DNA of 64,000 nucleotides from Podarcis muralis (lineage: Eukaryota). Under the pieces are notes generated by a model. That model saw only the letters and a program-made list of their open reading frames with translations, did not search any database and had not been told where the DNA came from. Each line of letters starts with the position of its first letter. Positions within the stretch are counted from its first letter, which is position 1. Position numbers and translations under genes: made by a program. The DNA lies in contig NC_135661.1 of assembly GCF_964188315.1 (NCBI RefSeq), positions 45,260,001-45,324,000 on the forward strand. The letters run 5' to 3'. Below are positions 14,354 through 27,559 of the stretch, one piece after another.

Positions 14354-16140
14354 TTATTATTTATACCCCGCCCATCTGGCTGGGTTTCCCCAGCCACTCT
14401 CTCTGGGTTTCCCCACCAACAGGGCTGCCTTCAGATGTCAGTAGAAACACTCATATCATTTGGACCACTAGAAACAAAAGGGCTAGGTTGTGCTAAAGTG
14501 AGAGGAGTAAATGTCAGAAAGGATGTTGTGATGAGAGACCACCCACCAAAACATCACTACACATGTGACAAACTAAAGCACAAAAATGTGCTAACAAGCT
14601 TCCGCAGCAGCAGCAGTGGCTGCTGATGTGAAACAGGTTGTTTTTACTTATCAGCAGTAAGGGAAAATCAGGATTAAATGTGTAAAAAGGAAAAGTACAG
14701 ACTAGTATTTTATAATGATGTTGTGTGCATGCTGTGTAAATTTGGGTGCATGAGTAGCACCGATTCCACAATAAATTCCCATCTGGAAACATCCAAGCAT
14801 TCTAGTTAACAGGAGTCCTGCAATTTCAGATAGTTCTTAAGCTTGTTAAATCTGCCACAAAAACTCACCAGTGCAGACAATGTTCACTTGCATATGTTAA
14901 TTTCCTAAAATGTGTGCCAGATTAAAACAGCCCAGCATTAAATGGAGTTTTAAAATGAACTATCTTGGAATCCAAGAAGCCCTTTTAGACTAGCCAGTCA
15001 GAAGACAACCTCAATGTAGACCTGAGTGTGTTGTGTAATTTCAAATTGGCTTTAAACTTTGGAATATAGCCAAAGCCTGTTTGCTTTCCTCCCTTAAAAA
15101 ACCATAAAAATATGTGTTCCCAGGGCCACACAAAAAAATTCCCAGCATCCTCTGCAGATACATATTGGGGTGCCAAATGATTTGGAGTTCTGCACCCTGG
15201 TGTTTCTGCCAGTACTGATGCAAAGGTAGGCCCACACAATTGCATTTATACATGTGTGTATACACACACACGTATTCTTTAGCTGTGATTCCTGCATTGC
15301 AGGGGTTGGAGTAGATGACCCTTGGAGTCCCTTCCAGCTCTACAATTCTATTATCCACTGAAGTACAGCTCTTACTTTCTAACAGGAGTGTTTTTCTATA
15401 TTTTCATGTTCTCTCTTGATGTATTCTGAAGTAGTCAGCATTCAAGTCCTTGTGCTTTTCAGGTTACAGTTGATCAGATGTGCCTAATCAGGGAACATGA
15501 CCACTATTCTCTTTTTGTATAATGAGAGAGCAACATCTGTATAGAGAATTTTAAAGGGTCCTAGTTCAAAGAAGGAAGATGGATGCAATCTCCATGCTGA
15601 AGATATAGATATATTTATCTTCAGTTTTTATCACTCCCATTCCCATAAATAACAACAACACAGGAGGGACTCTCTGCTTTGCTAGGACCCTCCCTATTCT
15701 TTAGTTTAATTACTGTAATGCTTAACCCAACATTATGTCTTGTGTTGTGTGCCAAGCTGTGGGTTGCTTAGCTAGCACTGTAACTATCTTTCCAGGAGTC
15801 AAAACAAAAAAATTCCTTCCAGTAGCACCTTAAAGACCAACTAAGTTAGTTCTTGGTATGAGCTTTCGTGTGCATGCACACTTCTTCAGATACATGCTTC
15901 TTCTTTCCAGGAGTAGACACAGGGAAGCGTAGGATGGCTTCAGCTACTGTGTAGTGGTGGTATCATGTGATCTACTTGTGTCTTTCACTCTCCACTTTCC
16001 TTGGCTTATTGTCTGCATGCCCCCCCCCCCCCCAATGAAAAGCTGATGCTAATTGCAAGTCTTTGCACTTCCCTGTTTAGGGAAGATTTTAATGTTTGAT
16101 ATTTTATCACTTTTTTATTCTGTTGGTTACAATTGTTCAA

Positions 16141-16193
<53 letters not shown>

Positions 16194-19100
16194 CATCATT
16201 ATTACTACTACTACTACTACTACTACTACTAATGCACATATACAGGCCTCCTCATTTATCACTTCTATGTAGCTTCCATTACTTGCCCTGATGTTACAGA
16301 AATAATTAACTTCCTTTATTGTGAACACTTCAAAATCTGTCCCACACTCCAGGGTTGCTTCTCTTGAAGGGGGTGTGGCTTGCAGACTTGTGAATATAAG
16401 AGGGAGGCAAATGTTCTAGGATAACTTGAGACTCATGTACTGCCACCAGGGGAGACCTCCTGCTAGGTGCATTCCCAAAACCAAGTGTAGGGTCAACAGT
16501 TACTGTCATTAACTGGATCCATCATTGTGTGTGGAGTCTTGGAGAGACTGCTTTCCTCACATGAACATATCCTGCTTGTATTCTACTCTGTATCCTAAAG
16601 GTGTGTAAAGAAGAAGGTTTTCTGATTTTTTGAGCATACACCATGTTCTAAATCAGAGCCTTCTTAGCTAAAGGGTTCATGCAGCAAGGAAGCTAAAGCA
16701 GAATTTGGGAGTAGATTGTATATTCATGTCCAATAGGAGTTGCTTCCTTTGGCCTGATTCTAGATGATTAAATAAGAACATTAAATGCTTAAATGAAAGC
16801 ATGGGCTGGAGAATTAACCAAGTTTCTAAAATGCCTTCATACTTCTCAGATTTCAGTTTATACCATCTGGGTTTCAATAGCATATTCTGCAACCCTACTG
16901 TGGCATATATAATCTGCAGTTTTAAAGTGTGAGGATTGGATTACATTTAGGGTATGTTGTATTACCTCTTTTGTAGCTCCATAATCCAATTTGTAAGAGA
17001 AAGGTTGCTTCCAGGGTTGCTGAAAGGTTGAGAATGCTGGTCAAATTTACAGAAAGCTGATTTGATGTTTGGAAATAGTAATGGCAAGATAATAATAATT
17101 TAAAAAGATAATAAAAAAGTGGTGGTGTCTGCACTGTTCTGGGCAAAACTAAAAATGTATATTAATTTCTATGTCATATACTATGGTCACTTTTAGAGAC
17201 CTGTCTTCTTTATGTCTATTTCCATCTTCTACAGGAAAGTCCCTCTAATATTAATGAAGCATAAATTCAGTTGCAACTAATCTGTTTTATTGATTTTAGT
17301 GGGACTTGAGTGGGACTAACATTCTCTAAATTTGGGCTCATGTATTTAGTCCTGGGGATTAGTTATGTGTTTCCATATAGATGTACATGGAGTCCATTTT
17401 GCAACAAGTGGCTTTTTAATCAAATGTTTTGTTTTTGTAATGATTTATGGTTGAAACAAACTTTTATTTATTTACTGTAGAGACTCACCACCATTTGTTC
17501 AGTAACTATCTGCCAGTCCCACCCCTTGACCAAACACATGAGCTTTACATTGTGCTTCCTAAACTGTTCCCAGCACTACCAACAAATTGGCAAAGAACCT
17601 GGAAAGCTTCCACAGTCCAGCCCCCTCATTTTGAAACCACTCCATCTGCTGTGAATATGGGTTGTGTGAATCTCTATGTAGCTTAATGAGACTGATTGTT
17701 AAAGTATGTGCACAGCACATAACTCAACCCTTACATTGTTAACTGTGCTGCTGCTGCAGTCATTTCCAGGAGTTTCGCAATGCTATAATAAATGTGTCTA
17801 GAGCAGGGGTCAGCAACCTTTTTCAGCCATGGGCTGGTCTACCATCCCTCAGACCATGTGGTGGGCCAGACTATATTTTGGGGGGGGGGGTGAACGAATT
17901 CCTATGCCCCGCAAATAACCCAGAGATTCATTTTAAATAAAAGCACACGTTCTGCTCATGTAAAAACATGCTGATTCCCAGACCGTCCGTGGGCCGGATT
18001 GAGAAGGCGATTGGGCCGCATCCAGCCCCCGGGCCTTAGGTTGCCTACCCCTGGTCTAGAAAGTTGGGACCTGTCATGCTAAGGCAGCATTAAAATACCC
18101 TTCTTATATAGTTTTTCTATATTTTACTAATGTCTAAAAACAAGATTTACTGGTATGGCTGAAACAAAATTATATTGAAGGCTGTTAATCAGAACTGGAT
18201 GAAGAGTTAGTGAGGGTCAATATTATTGGTTAAGAAAAAGATGCCATCATGCCTAATAAAGCTCATGTGAGGCATGCCTCCTACTGGTACACCAGCCCTT
18301 ATCATCCTTTCTGTTTTTTTCTGTTTCTTCTGAAAGAAAACTGGATACTCCTCTGATTAGCATCCTGCGCTTGGTGCTTGCCACCATTTTTTTCTCCAAA
18401 TGTAAAGTATACAGTAAACTGTTCTTCTATTAAACATGTTTTGAAAACAATTCTGTTTTCCTTTTTTACATTCAGTCTAGAAATTCATTCTGACATCATG
18501 CATTAAGTTTGGCCCTTACTGCTGGTGTACACAACAATCATGTTCTAGAAAGTTAGAGGAGTGTTGGACCTCAGATGCAAGGACCCTACTCTAGCACAGA
18601 AAGAGAGGCAGTTTAGTGGCTTCCCACCATGCTCACACCCATTTGGCTTTCTAGGCCTCTTGGTAACCTGTGATGATGGATGGAAAGAGGGGCAGTTTAG
18701 GGGTTACCAAGAATTATGATCTGTCTCTACTTTGTCCACTGTGTTGCAAGATTTCCATGTTTGGAAGGTGAATCATGATCAAGACTGCAAATTGGCTTTT
18801 CTTAGAAGGTCAGCCAGACAGCACGGTGCCCAAAGCAGGGAGCAAAATCTTTGTTTTCTGATGAGTTTGCCATGGCTGAGTCATGCCGGCTTATGAGCTG
18901 AAGGTGACTATAAATCCAAGTGTTAAATACCTGAGCAACAGGTTTTTCTGTAGAGGAGCCAAATCCTAAAGAAAGATATCAGAGAATATCCAGGAGGCAA
19001 GAACCTCACAAGCAAGAAAGAGTGCATCCTCACTGCATGTATTTGTTGTGTAACATGGTACAAGTACTAACAACAATGCTAGGATTTATGTGCCCTCATC

Positions 19101-22100
19101 ATATTTGTGTAATGTGATATGATGTGAAGTTTCAGTTAAGAGTTTTCTAGACCCAAACAGTATTTGCTGCTTGAATAGCTGGCCAGACAAAATAGCTGAT
19201 TTCTACCCTCTGAGTCTGCAGTGTAAACAAGGAGAACAGAGTAAAGAGCCTGTATGGTGGTGGATTATTTTTCAATTTCATATTCCCATTTCTTATTTCT
19301 CCTGCTTGTCGCTCTGACTGTGGCACTTTCTCCTAGGTGCAGCCTCCTGTGCGTGAGAATGATGAAGACAGAAGCATCGCTAGGCTGGATGAAGGGCTAG
19401 ATGAGTTTTTCACAAAGAAGGTGATTCATGAGCATTTACAGTAAGTGAAGAGTTTTCCTCAGCCCAGTCGTTACCAGTGAACAATTACTAGATGGTGGGG
19501 CATTTCTGCACCATGGGGTAGAAATCAGGGAGGCAGCCCATGACATAGGCAAATATTATGACAATGATAAAAGTTTAATGAGATTTGTTAACAATTTTCA
19601 CAGCAGGCAGAACTATTGGGCAAATTTTGCATGAAGAATTGGATTGTTTCGCATGATGAATACATTCAGTGCTGAAATGGAGCACAAATGCTGTTTCCTA
19701 ACATGGAGTGGCAATGCTATCTAATGCTATTTAAGGAGACCATGCTTTCCCAAGCAGAGTAGCTTCCACCGGCACTATTGCATTGGCAGTTAACTTCCTG
19801 TAGTTCTCTGTTTTGATGTTGGGGAACATTCAAAACTGCTATCTTCAACCTGTGCAGACAAGGCATTTGTCATTTTCTGTCACAGAGTGGGTAATTATGC
19901 TGGTACCTGACTGGTTCTTCCTTCATTTAATACACTGAGTTCATTGTGGGCATATTTGTACCAAGGGTGCCCTATTCACAAAAATTCACTAGGATTCCAA
20001 GATGTCAATATGACTGCAACTCCTCAAGTAATTCTATGATTATTTCTTGTCTGGTTGCAGGCCTGCATCATTGGAATCCTGCCTGGCAGCAGCCACGCCA
20101 ACAACACCATCTGGTTCTCGGACCTTGAAAAAGAAAATTGGACACTTCTTTGCCTTCAAGAAGCCGAAGTCAAGCCGGGGTTCCAGGCCAGAGAAAGAGC
20201 CCGAGGGTAGTCCCTCAGCAACAAGGGGCAGGAAGCTGATGCTTAGTGACATTTTAAGGGCCCCCAGCAAAGCCAGCGAGCCAACTAAAGCACTAAGCAA
20301 GTCTGAGGAAGGAGGGCTGGTTTTGGAGAGCAGAGGTTACCTGGAGCAAAGCCAAACTCCAGACAGTGCTCGAAGGGCCAGGCCAAAATACTCCAGGGAG
20401 GGGAAGTCCCAGTCCCTGATTCTTCTGTCAGGCGAAGATGAAGAGGGTCTTGGTGTGAGACATGAGAAGGTAAGTCTTTTCTGTCTTGTGTGTGGCTCAG
20501 TATTTATTTAATTAATATATCTTATTTCCACCATGGAACTCAAGGTGGCATACATGGAATTCCCAGTCTCTTATACACTGACCAGACCCAGACCTCCTTA
20601 GTTTCAGCAAGACGGTTCCATTACGTGTCTATGGGACATTTCATGTGATGAATCTGGTCTTTTAAAGTCAAGAACGTGAACACTCAGTTTAGCCCTAAGA
20701 TGGAAGATGGTGAGTCCTATGATAGAGATGACTGGTCATGCCCCTTTGCTAAGGAGCAGAAAAAACAGGTTTATCCCTAACAAAGCTAGGCATAAGCTGC
20801 AGTTTTCTGTGGTTGTGTTCACAGACCAACTGTCAAGATATCTTCAAAGAACACATGCTTCCAGTTGCGTTCATGTCAAGAAAGGGAAGCATCCTGTAGT
20901 TGCTGACTACTTCGTAGTGAGGGGGATGTTATACAGGGGGGTGTTGTCTATTTTATCTCCCCTGCCTGCTCAAACCCAGTGAGACAGATGACTGTCAAGA
21001 AGCAGCTGTACAAGTTCTTTGTCATCATAGCAATGATTGCTGTAGGGTGGAAAGATGGATCTTACTGAAATTTCAGCTGTGGGAAAGGGACTGGATACTC
21101 TATTACTATTGGACTGTTTGGGTGAGTGTGAAGAGCAGGTGGTGGCTTGTTCAAGGCACCTGGTATAAAGCTAGCTAGCTTGCCTGACTGTCCTGGCAGT
21201 ATCCAGATAAAGGACCTCAGAAAGGACCCCCACCCCTGGTTCACACAAAATCTAAGGTTTAGCAACACAGCCAAGCTAGGATGCACAGCCTAGCTAGCTA
21301 GGTAAAGCTCCCAGTCTGTTTTGCTGAAGTAGTAAGTGGCATTGCAGCCCAGATTTGTCATGTGTTTTGTCCTATAGAAGAGGCCCTTTGAGAAGAGTGA
21401 TGGTGAACTGCCCAGCTCCTTTGAACAACGTGTCCATGTCATGCTGCATCGGATTGGTGTCACTAAGGTGTTATCCACTGAAGGTAAAAAGAAACAGGTG
21501 AGGACAATGCTGCTTTTGGTGGTGGGTCTTTTAGCAGTAATAGTGATTTTTGAATTGCTTGGAACAGGCAGCCTCCTTTGGGAGAAGCTAAAAGTGTAAT
21601 GAGAGCTAGGGAATGAAATGTGTTCTGAGCAGATTATTTTCTTTGCCTGCTTCGATTAGTTTAATTTTAAATAAAACACTGTACTTAATTGCAGCCCATT
21701 TTTGCCTTAAACGGAAAAATAACTAAGGCTGCAATTCTGTACACACATACCTGGGGGTAAGCCCTACTGAACGCAGTGGAATGTACTTGTAAACCTGCAT
21801 AGGATGCATAGTTAGTGTGAGTCTGTAATGCCAACAAAAGTAGTCTCTATGGAAAGAAATGCACATCCCAAATGATCTGCTGTTTGTTGCTTAATGGGCT
21901 TGCTCATGCACATCAGAGTCTCTTCAGTAGTGGGAGTTACTGGATAGATGTTCCTCTCTTTTGGCAAAAATCCAGATTGTGTTGCCTTTTAATCCATTCC
22001 ATCTCCAAGATACGTTCAATCCCTGGTATCTGATGGACACTTAAGTGATTGTAGTGGGATATTCCATTGCCCATGAGAACAATAGTATTACAAAATTGCA

Positions 22101-25100
22101 TGTAAACTGTCCATTACTGGCACCCTCCCTCTCATATCCACTGGGGCCTATCCCAACAGCATCCTAATTCTAACTTCAGTCAAACTGAGATCCTCTCCAT
22201 TTCGTGCCAAGTTGTAGGATTTCCTTTTCCTTGCCTTTCTCATGTAGAGACAGTGTTTTCCAGAAAGGATTATCCCCTGAGAGTTTTTCTTTGCATTCTT
22301 TTGCAGAGCAAAGATGGGGAGATTAAGAAAGCTGGTTCTGATGGTGAGTAGCAGCTGAATCTACTTCTCCCCTGCTCCTACTATTCACTATGTTACATTG
22401 CTTGAGCAGTCCATACCTTGTCCTTCCTGTAGGACAAGAAAAGTGTTTCAAATTTCTAGATGCCTCAACCCTGGAATCCAATATACTGTACTGTGCTCCC
22501 AAGAACCAGTACCCACTTAGTGCTCCTATCACTATGCCACATCAAAAACCTTCTCTTGAAACTCCCCTAGCTTCATAAATGGGTTGCTGTGTGAAAATCA
22601 CAGGTGCAAAGCCCCCTTGGGCATGTGAAATTAAGGAGCACACAAAAGAGACCCCTGGAAATCTATCCAGTTTTAACAGCAAGCATTTCAATGCATCCGT
22701 TTAGAAAGAGAAGCACAGAGAAAGCTGCAAACGCTTGCCTTCTGACTGTGCACTGAGCATTGATGACATCTACTGGACTTGAAAGGGAAATAATACGTGC
22801 GATATTCCTGAGAAAACACAGAACTCATGCCCATGGCGTCTTTCCACCCACTCATTGCTTGTTGTTTTCTTTGTTAAAGGAAAACCAACAATACCACTGC
22901 TTTGTTTGTTACAACTTCTTCACTGAAGTGCTCTCTGTAAACCTTAGAAAATCTGAGGAAGGCTAGCTACAGCCAACAATGCTGTTTTCACTGATTCAGG
23001 AAGATCATGTTGGGAACCAACATGTTGCAATTCCTTTTTTTATAAATGTTTTTATTAAAACATTTTCCATAAGTAACAAGAATACATTCAGTGTCTCTAT
23101 TTTCAAATAGTAGAGTCTTTCACACAGATCAATTGCAGTCAATTTGAGACATTTTTGTTATAAGCAATGTGGGGTTGAGGGGGAAAGAGAAATGGGGAGA
23201 TAGTAGAGAAGAAGGTGTTGGGAAGAGACAGTAAAGTTTCATTCTTTACAGAGTATATGAGTGCTGCTTTTATGTCTATGGTGTGTGGATAGGTGTCTTA
23301 CTTTTGCTGATGGAGTGAGAGCAAGAGATCATGCTACACATAATGACAAATGATTTATTTTAGCATCAACTCACTGTTTCAAATTCTATTTTATAATGTA
23401 ATGGTTCCGATCTTCTCAAATATGAGCTATGGGGTATCTTTCTGCAAGCAAGAGCAAGGTATTTTCATGCTAAGTGAGTAACTAGAGCAAACCTGCCACA
23501 ATGATCTGAAGATTTATGAGATATACAGCATGACTCCCAAATTTCAAACTGGGCCAGCAGGATATACTGCTGGCAGAGGTGCCAACAGCCTGACTGCTAG
23601 GGTGGTGAACCTCTGGCCTGCAGGCCAAACTTGGTCCCATTTACCCCACAAGGCTATTTTCCCAAAACCACACCCACCTGCCGATCTGCTGATGGGCAGG
23701 AGAGGGTTTAATCCTGCATTGGCGGTGCACTGTTCCCAGCAGGAAACACGATCATGTAGCCAAGGCAGTAAGATTTGATTCCCCCTCAACAGCTTAGTTC
23801 ATTCATGCCATCATTCCTGTTTAAGCCCCCAAAATTGGAGTTTCAAAGTGTGGGGTATGTCTGAAAGGGAGTGCTTCTCTAAATATCCAAGAGAGCAGTG
23901 ACAGAGGACGTGAAAGAAACATGCATTGTACAAGCTCATTTCTCCTCTCCCTCACCCTCCACTGCCTGCTCCGATTTTTAAAGGCTTGCTTCTTCTCTCC
24001 CACCCACCCCTTTAAACATCTGAGAGGGTGGTGGTGGGTAGGAGAAAGGAGCATGTTTAATGCAGGTTTCTTTCTCCTCCCTGTGGCACCCACTTGCTCA
24101 AATGTTTAAAGGACTTTGCCAGTTGCCCCAAGCTCTAAATCTCCAAGATTGGGAATTAAAGATGGGCAAGGGATTTTGACATGTGACTAACCCCACTTGT
24201 ATATCAAATTTGGCCTATGATAAGGAATCTGGCACATGGAGCCAAAAGGGTTGCAACTCTTGTCATACAGAGAACTAATTCTCTTGAGATAATATGCAAC
24301 ATATAATGAGCTTGCAATGGTGTTCGATATCTAGTTCTCAGTGAAGTGGTTAACCTGTGCACAAGCTTTATCACTTCACACTGGTGGAATTATGCCATTC
24401 ATATGTTGCTTTTTCCATTATCAAAATTTAGTAATACATACATGAGGTTCCCAGGCTATATCTCACCCTGGCACTGACCTGACCTAAACCTGCTTAGCTT
24501 CATTACAGTTGCCTTCAGACTATCTTCCATAGAAAAAAATCCCATACATGTAGAAAACTAGTTGTCAAGCAGAAGAGTTCTAGTTAGTTTTCTACATGCA
24601 GGGAAGGATTATATCATATAAGCCTCCAGCTGCATTCAGCAGGATCTAGGTTTTTACAAGTTTAGCTGCACTTTGGATAAATAACCCTTTAACTTTCAGC
24701 AGTAATCCATGCCCCCAAACACATTCTACACCTTGTTTTTGGCCTTGTTTCTTGAATGTGGTTGTTTGGTTTCTAGGGGATATTGTGGACAGTTCAGCGG
24801 AATCTCCTCCTTGCCCCTTGAAATCACGCACATACTCCATGTCCACAGGTAGGTGTGCTTTGAGATTGGTGAGTTTCTTTTCCATGGTGCTTTATAATAC
24901 TGTAGTTTTCACTCTTTAGCTATAGCAGATCAGTCTCTTCAACTGTTCACACACTTGCCATGGCAATCTGCATATAGAGCTCAGGGCCAAAGCTAGGCAT
25001 GGGACAATGGGGGATTTCCTTCCAATGTAATAAAAAATGTAAAAAATGTAAAAAAGTAATAATAATGGTATAAAGAGGGAATAAATAAATGATTTGGAGA

Positions 25101-27500
25101 TGCAGAATCATCCCAGAAGAACTGATCAAGCATGTAAGAGTGGGGTGTGTGAATGCTGGTCCACCTGATAGCATGTGGTGCTGTATTGCAGATCCCTCCG
25201 TGCGGCTAGGTCCTGCTGATGCTGCTGGCAGAACAGGTACAGAACCCAGTGGAGGATCCAGTGAGGGGAGACTATCCTGGAAAGCTCTTGGGAAGCAACT
25301 CAATGTAGAGCTCAAGGGCAAGTGTTCAGAACTCAGCTCTTCGCCAAGAAGAGCTTTTGCCGTACAAGAGCCAGCCAGCCCAAGAGAGCAGAAAGCAAAA
25401 GAGAGCTGGAGCAGCAGTTTGCCCAGGATTGGGAGAAGCACAGCAGGCCCTCTTCCTATGCGGAGGACTAGCAATGCTGGAGAAGGACGAGCATTTGCCG
25501 AGCTACAGAATTCATATGCTGACGTAAACGTGATTGCTGGAGGTACGTTAAGTAGATTCCGGTACTAGTGGGGCTCCAGTATTGAAATCCTGCTTCCCAA
25601 AATCTTGCTGCTTGCTTCTCTGCCAACATCCCAGAGGCCAGAGCACAGTGAAGCAAGTTTTCTCTATGTCTCAATTTGCTATAATGTTCATTTGGAACAA
25701 GGGAGAAGGAAAGTGTAATCTGGCTGTCTCAGCAAACTTGTATTTCTTGGAACATTGCATGGGATGTAGCTAATTAATCCAAAGCTTGTAGCTTGCCAGT
25801 GATAGGCTGGCCAAATCTGGAGGAGATATGGCTTAACAGCAAAACCTACTTTCTGTGTGGCTGCTCCCAGAATACGCCTGAAATTTGTCAAGGCCTGCTT
25901 GAATAGCATATAACCCCTACCCTCTATCTTTCAGACAATCAACTCAAACCCAAATCTCGTCTGAAGCCTGTGGCAAACCGGAGGGCCATGTCTGTTCATG
26001 AAGAACAGCTCAGGGACCAGGCCTGTGCAGCAGAGCTGCACCGTAAGTAAACATGCAGAGCACAGCATTCTTTCAGAGCACAAATCATGATCTAAAGAAT
26101 GAATTTACTGTCTAGGTGGCTCTTGCAAGAAGCAAAAACTCTTGCTTCCATGCGCCCTGGGGTACTTTTCAGATAATCCCCTTCTCCCAGTCTCATTTCA
26201 TTTTGGATTTGTTAACAAGAAACAACTGTCAACGTTTTAGACTTATACAGTGGTGCCCCGCAAGACGGACGCCTCGCAAGACGGAAAACCCACTAGACGA
26301 AAGGGTTTTCCGTTTTGGAGGCGCTTCGCAAAACGAATTTCCCTATGGGCTTCCTTCGCAAGACGAAAGCCCGTAGGGAAATCTCCGGGACAGCGGGGAA
26401 GCGCAGCGCGTCTTCCCCAGTCCTTGGACCTCCTCCGAAGCCGGGCGGCGGGGCAGGAACACCTCCTCCCACCGCCCGGCTTCGGAAGGGTGCTCTGAAG
26501 CCGGGCGGCGGGGCGGGAACACCTCCCGCCGCCCGGCTTTGGAAGGCTCCTCCGAAGCCGGGCGGCGGGGCGGGAACACCTTCTGAAGGCCGGCGGGGGG
26601 CAAAAGTCTTTGTTCCCCCCTGCCTGCCTTCCCGGGAGAGCGGAGAAACGCAGCGCGTTTCTCCGCTGTCCCGGAAGGCTTTTGAAGGCAGGCGGGGGGG
26701 AGCAAAGACTTTTGCCCCCCGCCCGCCTTCAGAAGAGGTCCTGGACCTCTTCTGAAGGCTGGCGGGGGGCAAAAGTCTTTGTCCCCCCTGCCTGCCTTCC
26801 CAGGGGCTTTTAAATCGCCCCGGACAGCGGAGAAGTCCTCCGCTGTCCCGGGGCGATTTTAAAATGCCGCCCGCCAGCATTTTAAGATCGCCCCGAACAG
26901 CAGAGAAGTCCTCCGCTGTCCCGGGGTTTTTTAAAATGCTGGGGGTGGGAAGAAAAGCCCTTGCCCCCCCCCCCAGCCTTCAGAAGAGGTCGGGGGACAG
27001 ACTGTCCCCGGACCTGGTCTGAAGGCGGTTTCCATAGGAACGCATTAATTGATTTTCAATGCATTCCTATGGGAAACTGTGCATCGGAAGACGAAAAACT
27101 CGCAAGACGAAGAGACTTGCGGAATGAATTAATTACGTCTTGCGAGGCACCACTGTATTGCTTTTTCTTCCACTAAGCACTGATTCAGTGAGATTGGCCT
27201 TCATCCCTGCCACCTATTTAGAAGTAAAAGTAAGTCAGGTGAATTAATATACAAGGTACCAGGGTTAGGTTTTGTGGTGGTTTGGGAACTGTGTAGGACA
27301 GTGTCTTCAACACTTCAAAGTGTGAGGAACTGGTTAGATAGTAGTCTCAAAATGCTGTCAGCAGAAAGCAAGGGTTAGTTTTTTCTAAAATAGGCACTGG
27401 GCCTCAGGTATGTACCGAATTACCAGGGACCTGGAGTGTTCCTTAAGTGAGACAGGCTGTTGCTGGTCAGCAGATGGGGAGAATGTAAGTTTTACACACA

Positions 27501-27559
<59 letters not shown>

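Noticed and set aside
19560-19680. C/D-like boxes (ATGATGA...CTGA) in a CARMIL2 intron; similar at 10131 and 43900-44040
   Set aside because: Wrong spacing or no terminal stem, and no recognisable rRNA guide
26293-26880. Several 120-195 aa ORFs here and at 46308-46706
   Set aside because: Translations of the GC-rich hairpin repeats of a non-autonomous MITE; no DDE or HTH transposase motifs
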